From Thalia democratica (taxonomy: Eukaryota), in NCBI GenBank assembly GCA_965202585.1, contig OZ241832.1, positions 4,712,001 through 4,776,000 on the forward strand: a DNA stretch of 64,000 bases. Direction: 5' to 3'. Of this stretch, positions 47,610 to 59,900 are shown one piece after another. The notes under the pieces were generated by a model. The model saw only the letters and a program-made list of their open reading frames with translations, was not told where the DNA came from and ran no database searches. Numbering within the stretch: the stretch's first letter is position 1; each line of letters opens with the position of its first letter. The position numbers and the translations under genes are program-made.

Positions 47610-47970
47610 TAGTAGTTAATATATTAGTTTCCCAAAAATAATGTCTTTTTTGAACAATTAAAAATTTCAATGGCCCCTCCAATAAGACTTATTAAAAATT
47701 ACTCTGAAATACGCCTAAAAGCTTTTTTTGCTGTTGTCATTAACTTCGGAATATCTAGTTTAAGTTTCAAATTATAGCCTCCCTATGGCCCTTTTGTAGC
47801 TTATCACCCATATAGGGAAACCCTGGTACAGAGTTTTTTGTTTAACGTTTTATATAAAGTAAATTTAAATGTTTTCTGAAAAAATAGGTGCTCAAAAATT
47901 TGGTCTAGAGACCCGGTGTACGAAAAAACTTTTCGGTTGTTATGTTATACACCATAAGTATAGTTTAATG

Positions 47971-48493
47971 CAGTTTCCCAAACTTTTTTCAAATGGCCCC
48001 TTTTAGGGAAATTGAAAAAGCTTTAGCCCCCTCCTACAAGATAAGACAAAAAACTACAATTAAAAACACCTAAGACCTTATGTTTCGCTCTTTATTATCA
48101 ACTTCAGAATATCTTGTGTAAGTTTCATAATAACACACCTAAGACCTTATGTTTTGCTCTTTATTATCAACTTCAGAATATCTTGTGTAAGTTTCATAAT
48201 AACACACCTAAGAATTTTTTTTCGCTCTTTATCATCAACTTCAGAATATTTTGTGTAAGTTTCAAAACTACCATTAAAAACACCTAAGACCTTATGTTTA
48301 GCTCTTTATCATCGACTTCAGAATATTTTGTGTTAGTTTCAAAACTACTATTATAAACACCTAAGACCTTATGTTTTGCTCTTTATCATTAACTCCAGAA
48401 TATCTAGTGTAAGCTTAAAATTATGGCCTCATGGCCCCCTTTGCTGTTAATGGCCCGCTGAATATCTGTCACGGCCCACTTTGGGAAAATCTG
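47971..48493. mobile_element. hAT MITE with an 8-bp TSD carrying an internal ~70-80-bp tandem array
   Basis: CAGTTTCCCAAAC ... TTTGGGAAAATCTG, flanked by GTTTAATG on both sides. The unit ACACCTAAGACCTTATGTTT-x-GCTCTTTAT-x-ATCAACTTCAGAATAT-x-TTGTGTAAGTTTCA occurs about 5 times between 48064 and 48420. Confidence 0.85.
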
Positions 48494-49626
48494 GTTTAAT
48501 GTCTTTTCTACGACATGATTTTATGCGTAATGATGTTTTTTATTTCAACTAAAGAGATTGTTCCATAGTAACTGTACATTTATGACAATTTTTGATATCT
48601 TCATAGAAAAATTGTTTATGCTAAATTAGCTGTTCATACTTACCATTAGTTAGAGAAAATTTAAATTAAAATATATAATAGAGTTAAAAACTTTTGCAGG
48701 TTGTTTTGGTGCCTAAAAAAGCCTTGGATTAAAAGATAAATAATCTACTTCAAGATAAATATCAAAGCAAGTCTTAAAGATACAATTTGAGAGATGTAGA
48801 GTTGTTATATTTCTACATTGTTACTGCTTGTTTTTACTAAATTCAATTATTTAATATATAAAGCTGTAGAATAGAATTTTTTTCAAACATAGTTTATGAC
48901 ACGTGTTTAGTTATAACGGTTTGAAAATTTATATATAAAAAGCTAATGAATTATTAAGCTTACAAAGTATTCAAACAACTTTTTTTTTGAAGTCGGTTAG
49001 TGGTAGTTTATTTACATAGAAGAAGAGTTTATCTTCGCAAAAATGCTAGACATAAAATAACTTGTAGTTAAAGCTTTAGTATTATTAATACTGTTAAAAG
49101 TTTTCAATACTGTTTATAGTACATATAGAAAAGAAATTGCTTCAGGTAGCAAAGAAATAAACTCTAGAGATATGCCCGCTAAAGTCGTATAAAGTAAACT
49201 CATAAAAGAACAAATTCAGAACGTATAAGTAGAACGAATTATTAAATGTTTACTAGAAGTTTATTATGTTGTTAATCATTGAAAATGAAAAATTGTGTTA
49301 GCTTTGAAAATTTGAAAGCATATTAATCAAAGTACGACTTGAAGTACGACTAAAAGAAATTAAATATTTTTTACTAAAGATATACCTACTTTGTTGATAA
49401 ATAAAAGTTGAACTTATCAAAAATAATGCTCCTTGGTTAGCAAAATATAGTAATAATAGTAATATTAATAATAAAATGTTTTTTATGTTTTAATTTTTTC
49501 CTGGTTTCGTTGTTTATTCAATTATTTTTATAACTAAAGGAATGCTAGTATACATTTAAAGGTGAAAAACGCACAATATTTTTATGGTCATACAACTTGT
49601 TCTAAATAAACTTGGTATGAAGCATT

Positions 49627-51741
49627 TTAACCAAATATCTCACACAGTCCATACAAAGCGTATCTGTAACCATAGAACGCAGCCGAAAACGGCTTCTGAT
49701 CGCAGTTCAGGTCGTTCAAATAAAAAGTCCCTTTTACGATACTCGCGCAGTTTTCGTCGCTGCCATAATCGTTCGGTTCGTTCTTGGACCAATCAAGTGT
49801 CAGGTTTTCAGCTTTCGATCCGTCCAGAAGTCTCCAGTCGCCTTCTTTTTGGGAGTCTGTGAGTCCAACCCACAAGTTTTTGTCGTTGTTTTCTTGAATG
49901 GTTTTTAGTAAATCCCTGTTTGAAACAAAATAATAAAATAGTATAGATTAGTTATGATAAGTATATACATATCTTTTAGTTTTAATTTTTCATGTTTAGT
50001 TTTGTATTTAATTTAAGCAGAAAAATGTATAAACTGTTTACCGCTGTAGTAAAGCAGAATATTTTTATTTCAAGAATCCTTAAAACTTTTAAACTTGGGT
50101 CGAAGTAGATAAAGTTTGTAATTGTTAGTTATGTCAGTAAAAAAACTTTTTCACTCTTAGATCCTTCAGACTTTTTGAAAGAAGGTTTCCTCCTAATTTA
50201 TTGCACATGGATGAGCATTGATACCAATCACCTGGAGTCGCTGTTACTACAAACTTCACTGTTTTATTTCCTGTGAATAAACATTATTTTAAGTTAGAAA
50301 CTAGTGAAAAGTATTTAAAATAAAGAAAGTTATAAATCATACAGAGATGAAAAATGTTATTAGCATTTTAAAACTACTTTTAATTGATACTTCACTTAAC
50401 ACAATAAAAAAAACTAGAATAGCTACTTGTGTATAAAAAAAAATACTTGTTAAACTAAAATTTGTCACAAGTAACATCAAGTTAGATGCAAACTTGATTT
50501 TTTACTAAAACTTTCATAAAAGTTTAAACTTTAGACAACAGATAAACATTTATAAGTAAAAAAAAACAGATAAAACTTTCGAAAATAAGGTTGAATAATT
50601 TTATGGTTTCCTATATTTGCATAATATTGATTGACATTATAGCTGGTTAAAACAATTAGAACTTTAGTATTGGTAATTGTACTAACCTGACTTAGACTGA
50701 ATTCTAGTATTATTAAGTGCTGCCAAAGTAACATTTTGTACTCGCTCTGAAAATTGTAATATGGTATTTGACAAATACTGTAAAAGTTTAATCATATAAA
50801 ATGTTCAGATAATTTAACACTTAGCATTTGAAATATTTTTTTAAAAATCTAAACTAACTGAAAACAAGTGTTAGCATATTATGTTTTATCTAACTATCTT
50901 TAAATATAGATCAAAAAGTTGTTATTACAAACATTCAATTTATTTGTAGGTCGTTTTACTTATAAATATCTTCCGAGTAAAAATTTTTACAGAAGTTTTC
51001 AAACTTGCCTTTAAATTTTAGTTTAAGAGTTATAAGTTAATTAAGTTTCTAAATTTATCTATAGCAAGAAGTGACTACATAAAAAACTTTTATATACAGC
51101 TTGGAACTAAAAACTATAAGACTTTTTTTTAACTTAGTCAAACGTATACTTATAAAAATAGAAAGTATAAAGCTCCAGATTTTGTTAAATCTTTTTTAAA
51201 ATTATAACTTATAAAATAAAGTTTAAATTTATTTTTATTTGACAAAACCTTGTTAGAATTAAAAAAAAAGGTAAATAAAAAAACCAAGTCAAACTTTAAA
51301 AAAGCTGCTATTTGTTTTAGAATAAGTTAACTTTTAGAATAAACGTAATTTCTAAGGTTTACAGATGTACTATTTTTTCAACTATAAATATTAACTTCAC
51401 TAACTTGTAAGACTTTTATTCGTTGTAGTTAAAAATTTGTACTGTTTTGTTGTTGCTTCAGTTGAGCTGTTCACTTTTCTAACTGTACTATTGTACACAA
51501 AACTTATTTGAGTAACTGAACTAGTAAAGTTGTAAACAGTATCATTATGCAAGGTAGATTTGTTTGCTTTGTTTAAGTAGTTTTTCAATGTCTGCACTTG
51601 TATGAATAACACAAATACAAGCAAACAAAGAATAAATATTATCAAAAGTAACATTGGCACCATCAGTTTAGAGTTACCATTTCTTATGTAAATCTTCTTT
51701 TCATAATTGTTTAATCGTTTGTACTCTTTAAGATTATTCAT
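49627..51741 (-). CDS. Type II transmembrane C-type lectin domain protein (exons 51741-51405, 50270-50147, 49915-49627; 249 aa)
   Basis: Short cytoplasmic N-terminus, hydrophobic TM (LMVPMLLLIIFILCLLVFVLFIQV), Ser/Thr/Asn-rich stalk, then a CTLD: W-x-x-C-x-x-x-C-x-x-LGG-x-L, LWVGL-x-D-x-x-x-EG-x-W, W-x-x-NEPN, ENC, LND-x-x-C, final CE. Exon phases (1, 2) are consistent. The exon 2 donor (GTTTTT) is weak. Confidence 0.85.
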
Positions 51742-54700
51742 TGCTTATAATAACATACAAAAAAATAATACTTTTTTATACATATACTTCTGCTAAATAT
51801 ATATTAATTACAATAAATAAATCTGTTTTGAGTTCAACGAAATAAAAACTACTAATAAACTAATAAGTAACAAATAAGTCAAGAACTATAAATGAACAAT
51901 TTCAAAATAGAAACTAATAAATTTTAACTATTTTGTTAAAAAAATAGTAGCTACAACAATTAATAAAAAAAAAGAAATGAAGACAATTAGTTTTTTTTGT
52001 AGTTTTTCAATATATTTATAGCTTTTTTTAAAATACTAAAACTAAAAGTTTGTAACTGAGTAATAATTTAAAGCTTTTTTATTAGTTACAAAAAATTTCA
52101 TTAAAAAAGTCGACAAAATCGAGTTAAAATCAATTTTTTGTTAAAATTATGTTGAGTTTTCGACAGTTTTGTTAAATTTGAAATAACAAATACAGTAAGT
52201 TTAAAAAAGTTAGAAATAAAACAATTTGATTGACTTATTAAATTGTAATAAATAAAGTAAAATATAGTTTATAATAATAACAAAGAAATTCAAACTTTTA
52301 GTTTATTAGTTAGATAAAGTAAACAAACTTCTGCTATATTTATTGTTTTTGTTTACTTTTATTTGCATGATTTTCTCACATGAAAGGAAATGGCTCGAAA
52401 TTTTAGCAGAAGAAAAGTTTTATGTAAATAATCTTATTGATGACATAAAAAACTTAATATTATCTTAACTTTATGCTTTTATATGAGCTTGTTTAAAAAT
52501 AATTCATTTAATAACATTTAGATTATAAAAACAACTTTGAAAACTTGAAAACTTTAAGGGTATGGTAAACTGTTTGCATGTAAGTTTTATTTTACTTCAG
52601 AATTTTAAAAACAAAACAATAAACAAAAGCTTCAGAAGAAGATAATATTTGTCTAGTTTGAAAAAATGTTAAATACAAAGAAGTAGAGCAAAAACTAAAC
52701 AAAAACTTAATTAGAACATGAATTCTTTATTTATTATGTATATCCGGAAACCACATAAAACTATAATTATATATAGTCTATTTAAATTCAGCAGTAACAT
52801 ATTTAGTCTTAAAATTATCAATAGCTAACTATTTTATAGTAAAGTATGTTATTTACATTGGATGTTATCCAATTTTTAAAGTAAATATTTTTACAAGTTA
52901 GGTACAAGACTCAGAATTCTTTCGTAAAAGATGGTTAAAACACATTTATCCGAATCAGTTAAAATTTTTAGCGCTATGATTTTTGTCTATAAGAGTACTT
53001 AAACTCTTTTAAGAATCAATCTGATTGTACTGTATAGACACTTGCTAGAAATTGTACAGTTTTTTTTAATAAAACGTTTTTCAAAACCATCAAGACTTAC
53101 CAGACATAAGTATTAAAAAAACTTATGTATGTTTAAAACTAGAAAAATTAGTTAGCTTACTAAACTATCTAATAACTTTTTAAATAACAGATTATAAACT
53201 AGCTACAATTTTAATACATGGTAATAGTTAGACAAGTCTAAAGTTTTAACATAAACATATAAAAGAGCAAACAAAAACTTTTGAAGATTGTCATAAATAA
53301 AAAAAAAATCTTACATAAGTACACTTTTATGTAAGTAAACTTTTATGAATTAAAAAAAAAACTCAAAACTAATAGCAGACAAAAAAAAATTAGTAGCTTG
53401 TAGATTAAAAATCACACTAGTTTGGAAGCTGTGCTGAAATTGATAACAATAATAATTTTAGCTGCTTTTTAGTACATAAAAACGGTAACCATAAAGTATT
53501 AATACTAAGTTATTGATCTCAAGTAATTGAAAATACATTTTTTTTGTCGTTTTTATGTCGAAAAACCTACTAATTAAAAAGTTTTATTTTTTATTTTAAA
53601 GTAATTAAGAACATTATTGTATTGCACAAAACTGAATTTGAAAGTTTAGCTATTTATGAAACTGCCTAAGTAATATTGATATAAAACACCATCGATCGAA
53701 AAAAAAACTCATCTAAAAACTAAATTCAAACTTTTTAATTTAACCATTTAATAATTTTTTTATAAAACGAAGTACTTTAAGAATATGCACTATCCATCAA
53801 CTATTAGAATATAGTAAACTTAGTTTATGAAAAAATAACAGTTTTATATACATCCTCTTATTTTAATGCATTCATTAATATATAGTTGTTTGAAAAACTT
53901 GAACTATTTTAGTGCTTAGATCTAATATCTAATAATTATCTAAGTGTATTTTATAACTAACAGATTTTTATTAAAACTTTAAGGTTTTGATATCGAAAGC
54001 AATATTCAGACTTTGAAATTCCAAAAGGTCTATAATTGGTAAAACATAAAAAAGGTTAGCTTTTATAAGTGTATGAAGTACTTTTTGTGATCAGAAATCA
54101 TGCAAAAGTTAGTTAGTTGAAATTGAAAATTAAATCAATTCAGCGTATATGCACTTCCGTGGTCTTTGTACTGTCAGTTTAAGTTCTCTAATGAAGTTTT
54201 TTTACGTTTAATACCAAATGCTTTCCTTTTAAAATAATAAATTTATTAGATTTTGTTATTATCTAATATAACTTTTGCTACGATTTACATTTTTTACTGC
54301 AAGGATAATCTCATATAAATTGCGTAAATCTTGTTGATTAAATTGTTCTCGTTTATAAATCTTCAGGTTTAAGGTTAAGTTTTGTTTAAAACCTTAGAAA
54401 TTGTTAAAATAGACTAAGAAAAATTTACAACCAAGTGTTTGGTCTAATGTAGTAGGAATTCTAATGTCAAAAACCCAGAACTGTACGATTCGACTATGAT
54501 TAAAATTTAATAGTTGACATATATACAAAAGTAAACAATGATATATTTCAATCTATACATACAGAATAACTTAAAATATTTAGTTTCGAAATAGTTTATG
54601 CAAAATTTTTATGCCTATTTAAGCTTTTTTAATCAAGTTTACTATTCTTAACTATTCATAATAGTTCATAAATTTCTTAAACATAAAACTTTATAGCTAT

Positions 54701-56985
54701 GTTTAATAGTTGGATAGAAGTAAGAAAAATGTTCAATAACATGAAAGTTAGACGACTATAGTAAAATTCGTTATTTATTTAGTACATTAAAGTTTTAACT
54801 AACTTTTAAAATGAAGCCGTATTTCTAACCTTTTCTTTATATTATAGGCCAGTATCTAATAATATTTTTTTAATCAAAAACACTATCTTTTTTATTACTT
54901 TGACAAAAATAGCAGTTCTAAGATAACTTATAATTTAGAACAATTCAAGAAATGACAAACTTAAAGTTTTGATAGATAACCATTTAGTTGATGCAACATT
55001 GACAACGATCTTTTTCTATTCAATAAACTTTCTTTAAAAAAAGTATTTCGAAATAATGTAACATACTTAAAATTTTTATAACAAAAAGGGTTGCTTTACA
55101 AGGTAGAATTTAATTTAGTTTCAAAATTTGAAGAAAAAAAAAAGTTTTTCAGGCAAACTTTGTTTGTCTATCTTTTAAAATACTTATAAACTCCACTATT
55201 TATTCAATAAATTTTTGCGTTTTAACATGATTGGTTTGCACAGTTCAAATAAAAACTAAATTCTTATCGCTTTGTTTAAGACGTAAATAAAACTTTCCTT
55301 AAAATTAGAAAAATCTGTTCCTAGTAAGCTAGGAAAGTGCTTTCTTAAAATGTGTATAGAAAGTGTATGGCTGAATGTTTATACAAACACGTAAATAATA
55401 AGTTTTGGGAAACACTAAGCTATTGAGTAAAGTTAATCCTTAAATAATCAAGAGTTTGTAACTGCATGCATGTCTTATGAAGAACTCTCTATGTTATACA
55501 CTTGTGCTGTCTAAAGATTTATCAGATTTTTGGCTACTTAAAAAATAATAGTATTAATCTTATTTTAAGCCTAGGCGAAAAAAATTTAAGCGTTTAGTAA
55601 AACTAATACATAGATAAAAAGGCTCGAAACGTAGAAAAAATGAACTTTTCAACTGTAAAGCTTTTAAAACAAAAAAAAAAGTCAGTGATGGAAAAAACAT
55701 TGCAATAAACAAACCTTTTCTAGTTAAATTATTTTTTAAAAATTATAATTCAAATACAACGTTTAAAAAATTGATTTCAGTAAGGAATGTACTTACCAAA
55801 GTTTGTTCATAAAACAATATTTTTTTTTTCATAAACTATGATTTTTAATTTAGTTTGTGAAAAATATCTATTCTCAATCAAGTATTTTAAGATACAATGT
55901 AATTAAATTGGACAATAGTTCTTTAAAATTGTATGTAATACTTAATGTCTTAAAAATAATAGATCTATGTAAAGCTTCGTGGATAAATAATAAATCAAAA
56001 CTAATTAATGTAAAGACATACACATATATAACCTACCTTGTAAAGTAAATAAAAAACTTACAATTATAATTTAAATGGATAAGATTTTAACAGATAAGGA
56101 TCTGTAAGAACTAAACTCATAAATTATGTCAACAAATTTCTTAAAGATAAAAATATCTTTTTACCATGATAAAATTGTATGGTAAAAGTAACCCAAATTA
56201 TTCGAAGTTGCTTTAATAATCAAAGTAATTACAATACCATATTCCAAGATAATTTTACCCAATAACTTTTTTTTAAGGAAAGAGTTTATCAAAAAATAAA
56301 AATTTTACACATATTTTTATTATTATTGAGCGCACGATTCTAAAATTTATTAAATGTAAAACGCGATGATAAAAGTAGAAAATTTCTAAAAAATAGAAAT
56401 AAATTGTTGAGAAATGCGAAAATAAAAGCTGTTAAAATAGAAAGGCGCTGTTATATTTATCTATACTGCAAAAGTATCCAATTAAAAGTGAAAGTGTTTA
56501 AAATTAAACTGAAAAAATTCAATTAAATAAAAACTTTTCCAGTTAAATCACATGTAGTTCCACACATTTGGAATGGTAATTGTTAGCCAGTCTTCTTAAA
56601 ACTGTGGAAAATAATAAATTAGTTTATTATCAATGTTAGAATGAAGTTTTTATTAGCTTTTAAAGTAAAAAAACTATAAAATCGTTTATGTATATTTGCA
56701 ATACAAAACTTAAGATAAAAAATAAGTTTGTACAATATACTAGCATAAATGAAAACAACTAATCAAATTCTTAATTCAGACTATATGTCAAACTAGTAAT
56801 CATTTCCGGATAATTAAAATTTTTAAGTAGCTGCAAATAACAATTTACACAGACTACATTTTATCAAAACTAAAACATTAAGAAAAACTTACTATTGAAT
56901 TTACCCTTGTGTTTTAATATCTAGATTGATTTACTATTGTTAAAATGAAAAATACAAAAAAATCTTAAACAATTTCTGGCTTTAG

Positions 56986-59900
56986 TTAAAACTAAAAAAA
57001 TATATTCAGGAATTTTAAAATTTATTTTCAATCAATTAAAAGCATTTTCAAAAAAAAAAAAACAATTTTAAGAAACGCAAATACAACAAAACTTTTTAAG
57101 TCAACGTTAGTTTCGTTTTTTGATAATTGTTTAACCATTTATTCTTCGAGAAAATGAATTATACTAAGGACCATTATTTACCAAATAATTCTTAACCAAA
57201 TAAAATTCCTTTAAGTGCCGTACTTCTTTCTTTATATTTTAACTGATTCTGTTTGTCTTAAAACCAAAAATAAAGTAATTAAAAGAATAATTACACCATT
57301 AATTAAACAGGGTTGCCAATTTTTTTTGAGAAATTTCTTTCAAGTTTTTTAGTACACCATTTTGGGTCTATTTTTCTTTTAAAGTTAAGTTTAAGGTTGA
57401 AATTTTTTTGTGTCAAATTAAAATTTTACTACTTTAAATTTAAAATTTATTTAGAGTTTCAGAAGTGATTTTTATTTAAAATTCCAGGTTTTTTGGCAAC
57501 TCTGATTAAATTCTAACAATTCAAGGAAATATTTTGTAAAATGCAAGCTCTTGTATTGACCGATAATTAAAAACATTAAACTTAATTAAAAAAGTAAAAT
57601 ATAAATATAAAAATAAATTTTAAAACAAACCCTCTTAAGAAATTCTTCAGCCACAATACGAGCTCTAGCATTAACGGATAATTTCATTTCCGATATTTCT
57701 TTGTCAATTTCCTCCATGAAGTAAATTACGAAATCGACCAATTTGTTCTTCAACATTTGCTCCGTGTGGAAATTGGTGATAAGGAAACTGATGTCATATC
57801 CCTGAAGTAAAAAATAGTTAACATTATTTTATTTTTATTTAATAATTTTTCAACATTTGATTAGTGTGGAAATTGGAAATAGATAAGAAAAGCCATAACC
57901 CTAGATAATAAATCAGTTAATATTATTATCAAATTTGCTTCTAAACATTTGTTAAGTGCTGAATTTAGTTATCAATAGCTAATGTCATACCCCTTAATAA
58001 TTATATCAGATTTACAACGAAAAAATGCATAAAAGTGTATGGACTAAAATATAAATTTACATATAAATATTATAAGCTGATGAAAATATAATTAGCTTCA
58101 TAAAAACAAAATTTCTTACCTTTAAATTACAATTTATACTTTTGATTATGAAACTAAAACTATTTAAATTTTTTTAGTTATTAGATAATTATTCGAGTTT
58201 TTTTAATTATTTATTATATCCATTTTAATATTTATACTTTATACATTATTTTGATAGTGAAGAAAAAAGTATTAGTTTATGCAATTCTTTAATAAATATC
58301 TAGCTATTTTAAGAAAGTTATTTGGAAAACCATCTAAACGTTTATCTTGTGGAAAAGAAACAGCTAATAAACAAATACTTAATTTTTTTTTTCAAAATTG
58401 TTTATATGATCATAATAATTCATAATTGAGTTATACACAACTTATTTATGTACTAGTGTATAGCATACAAAATTAGACTGTATTTATAACAGTATAAGAA
58501 TTTGTTAAGGCCATAGGGGGGGGGGGGGGGTAAACCAGGTTTTTTACAAGTTGATCATATTTTATATAGTTTTTTCTAAGCTTCAAGATGCTTTTTATTG
58601 TTTTAAAAAACTCGAATTAATTTTTGAAATATGACCAGTTAAAGTCGGGCCGAATAATAGGTTTCCTATGGGAAAGGAAAACTAAAACAGCGAAAAAAGA
58701 CTATTTGATTTAAAATCTATCTCCTTCAACATTTTTTAAGCAATCTACTTCAAACTTTCAGTCTAATTTTTATACAATAACAAAAAAACGTTACTTTGGA
58801 ATTAAAAAATTTTTTTGTAAAAATATATTTTTTTTGAAAAAAAAAACACTTTTTTTTTAATTTTTGTGATAAAATTTTTATTTTTTTAAATTACTTAAAT
58901 TCTAAAGTAACGTTTTTTCCATTTTATTAAAAAGAACATTTCCTGAAAATTTGAAGAAGATTGCTTGAAAAATGAAGGAGGAGATAGATTTTTAGTGAAT
59001 TTTAAAATTTCCGAGAAAATTGACCCCAAAAAATTTGCGGTCCATACGTTTATATAGAAAAATGTTTACAAAAAATTAAATATCTCAAAGTTAAATGATA
59101 TTTTTGAATTCTATAAAAACTAGCTTGTAGTTTGTATTTAAAGCTTTCATATAAAAGCCAAAGTTAATTTTTGTAAAAAAAAATGTTGGACCCCCCTATG
59201 GCCTTAAGTATTTCATTTCTTTCATTTGAAATAATATCTACTACTTTTTTTGATATTTATAAATTAAAAAACATCACTTTTTAACTAATAATAATGTGAA
59301 GTTCATTTGCTTAAATTAAAAACTAAATTAAAATGTTTTCATAAATTCAGATTTTCTTAATTTATGTTCATAACGATAACACATTAAACAGGTGTAAATA
59401 TTTGTTTACTAAGTTGAAAAATAAAATAAAAAATTACATTAATATATATTTTATGCTTTAAATAATGTAAACGTATTTTGAACATACAAAAAAAACATTA
59501 CTCATGAAAAAAACACTCGTAAAATTCAGTTTTTTACATATTTGACAGTATACATGTTTATTTAAACTGTAAACAAGACTTGTGTGCTAACACATAAATA
59601 TCACATTTACGAAACATTTAAAAATGTTAATACAAGATAGCATAAATAACAAAGTTAAATAATAACTTTACAACATTATATTTACAACTAACCATTTAAC
59701 ACCCTCTTTCAAATAATAAACATCTTAGCGCAATTGTTTATTTTATTTTAGAAGTTTTATATATGGTAATATTCACGAACATATAAAAAACTGAATAACT
59801 AGATGAACAACTGATTTGATTAAAAATGGTATTATACAAATTCCTTGTTGTAACTCTAAATTTTATAAAAATATTATTTCAAATAAAACTGAGTCAGCAT

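Noticed and set aside
53131-56872. Alternative ARPC4 terminal-exon candidates (AG|TTTTAA near 53133, AG|TTTTGA near 56865)
   Set aside because: More distal than 56991-56986; they cannot be excluded without cDNA.
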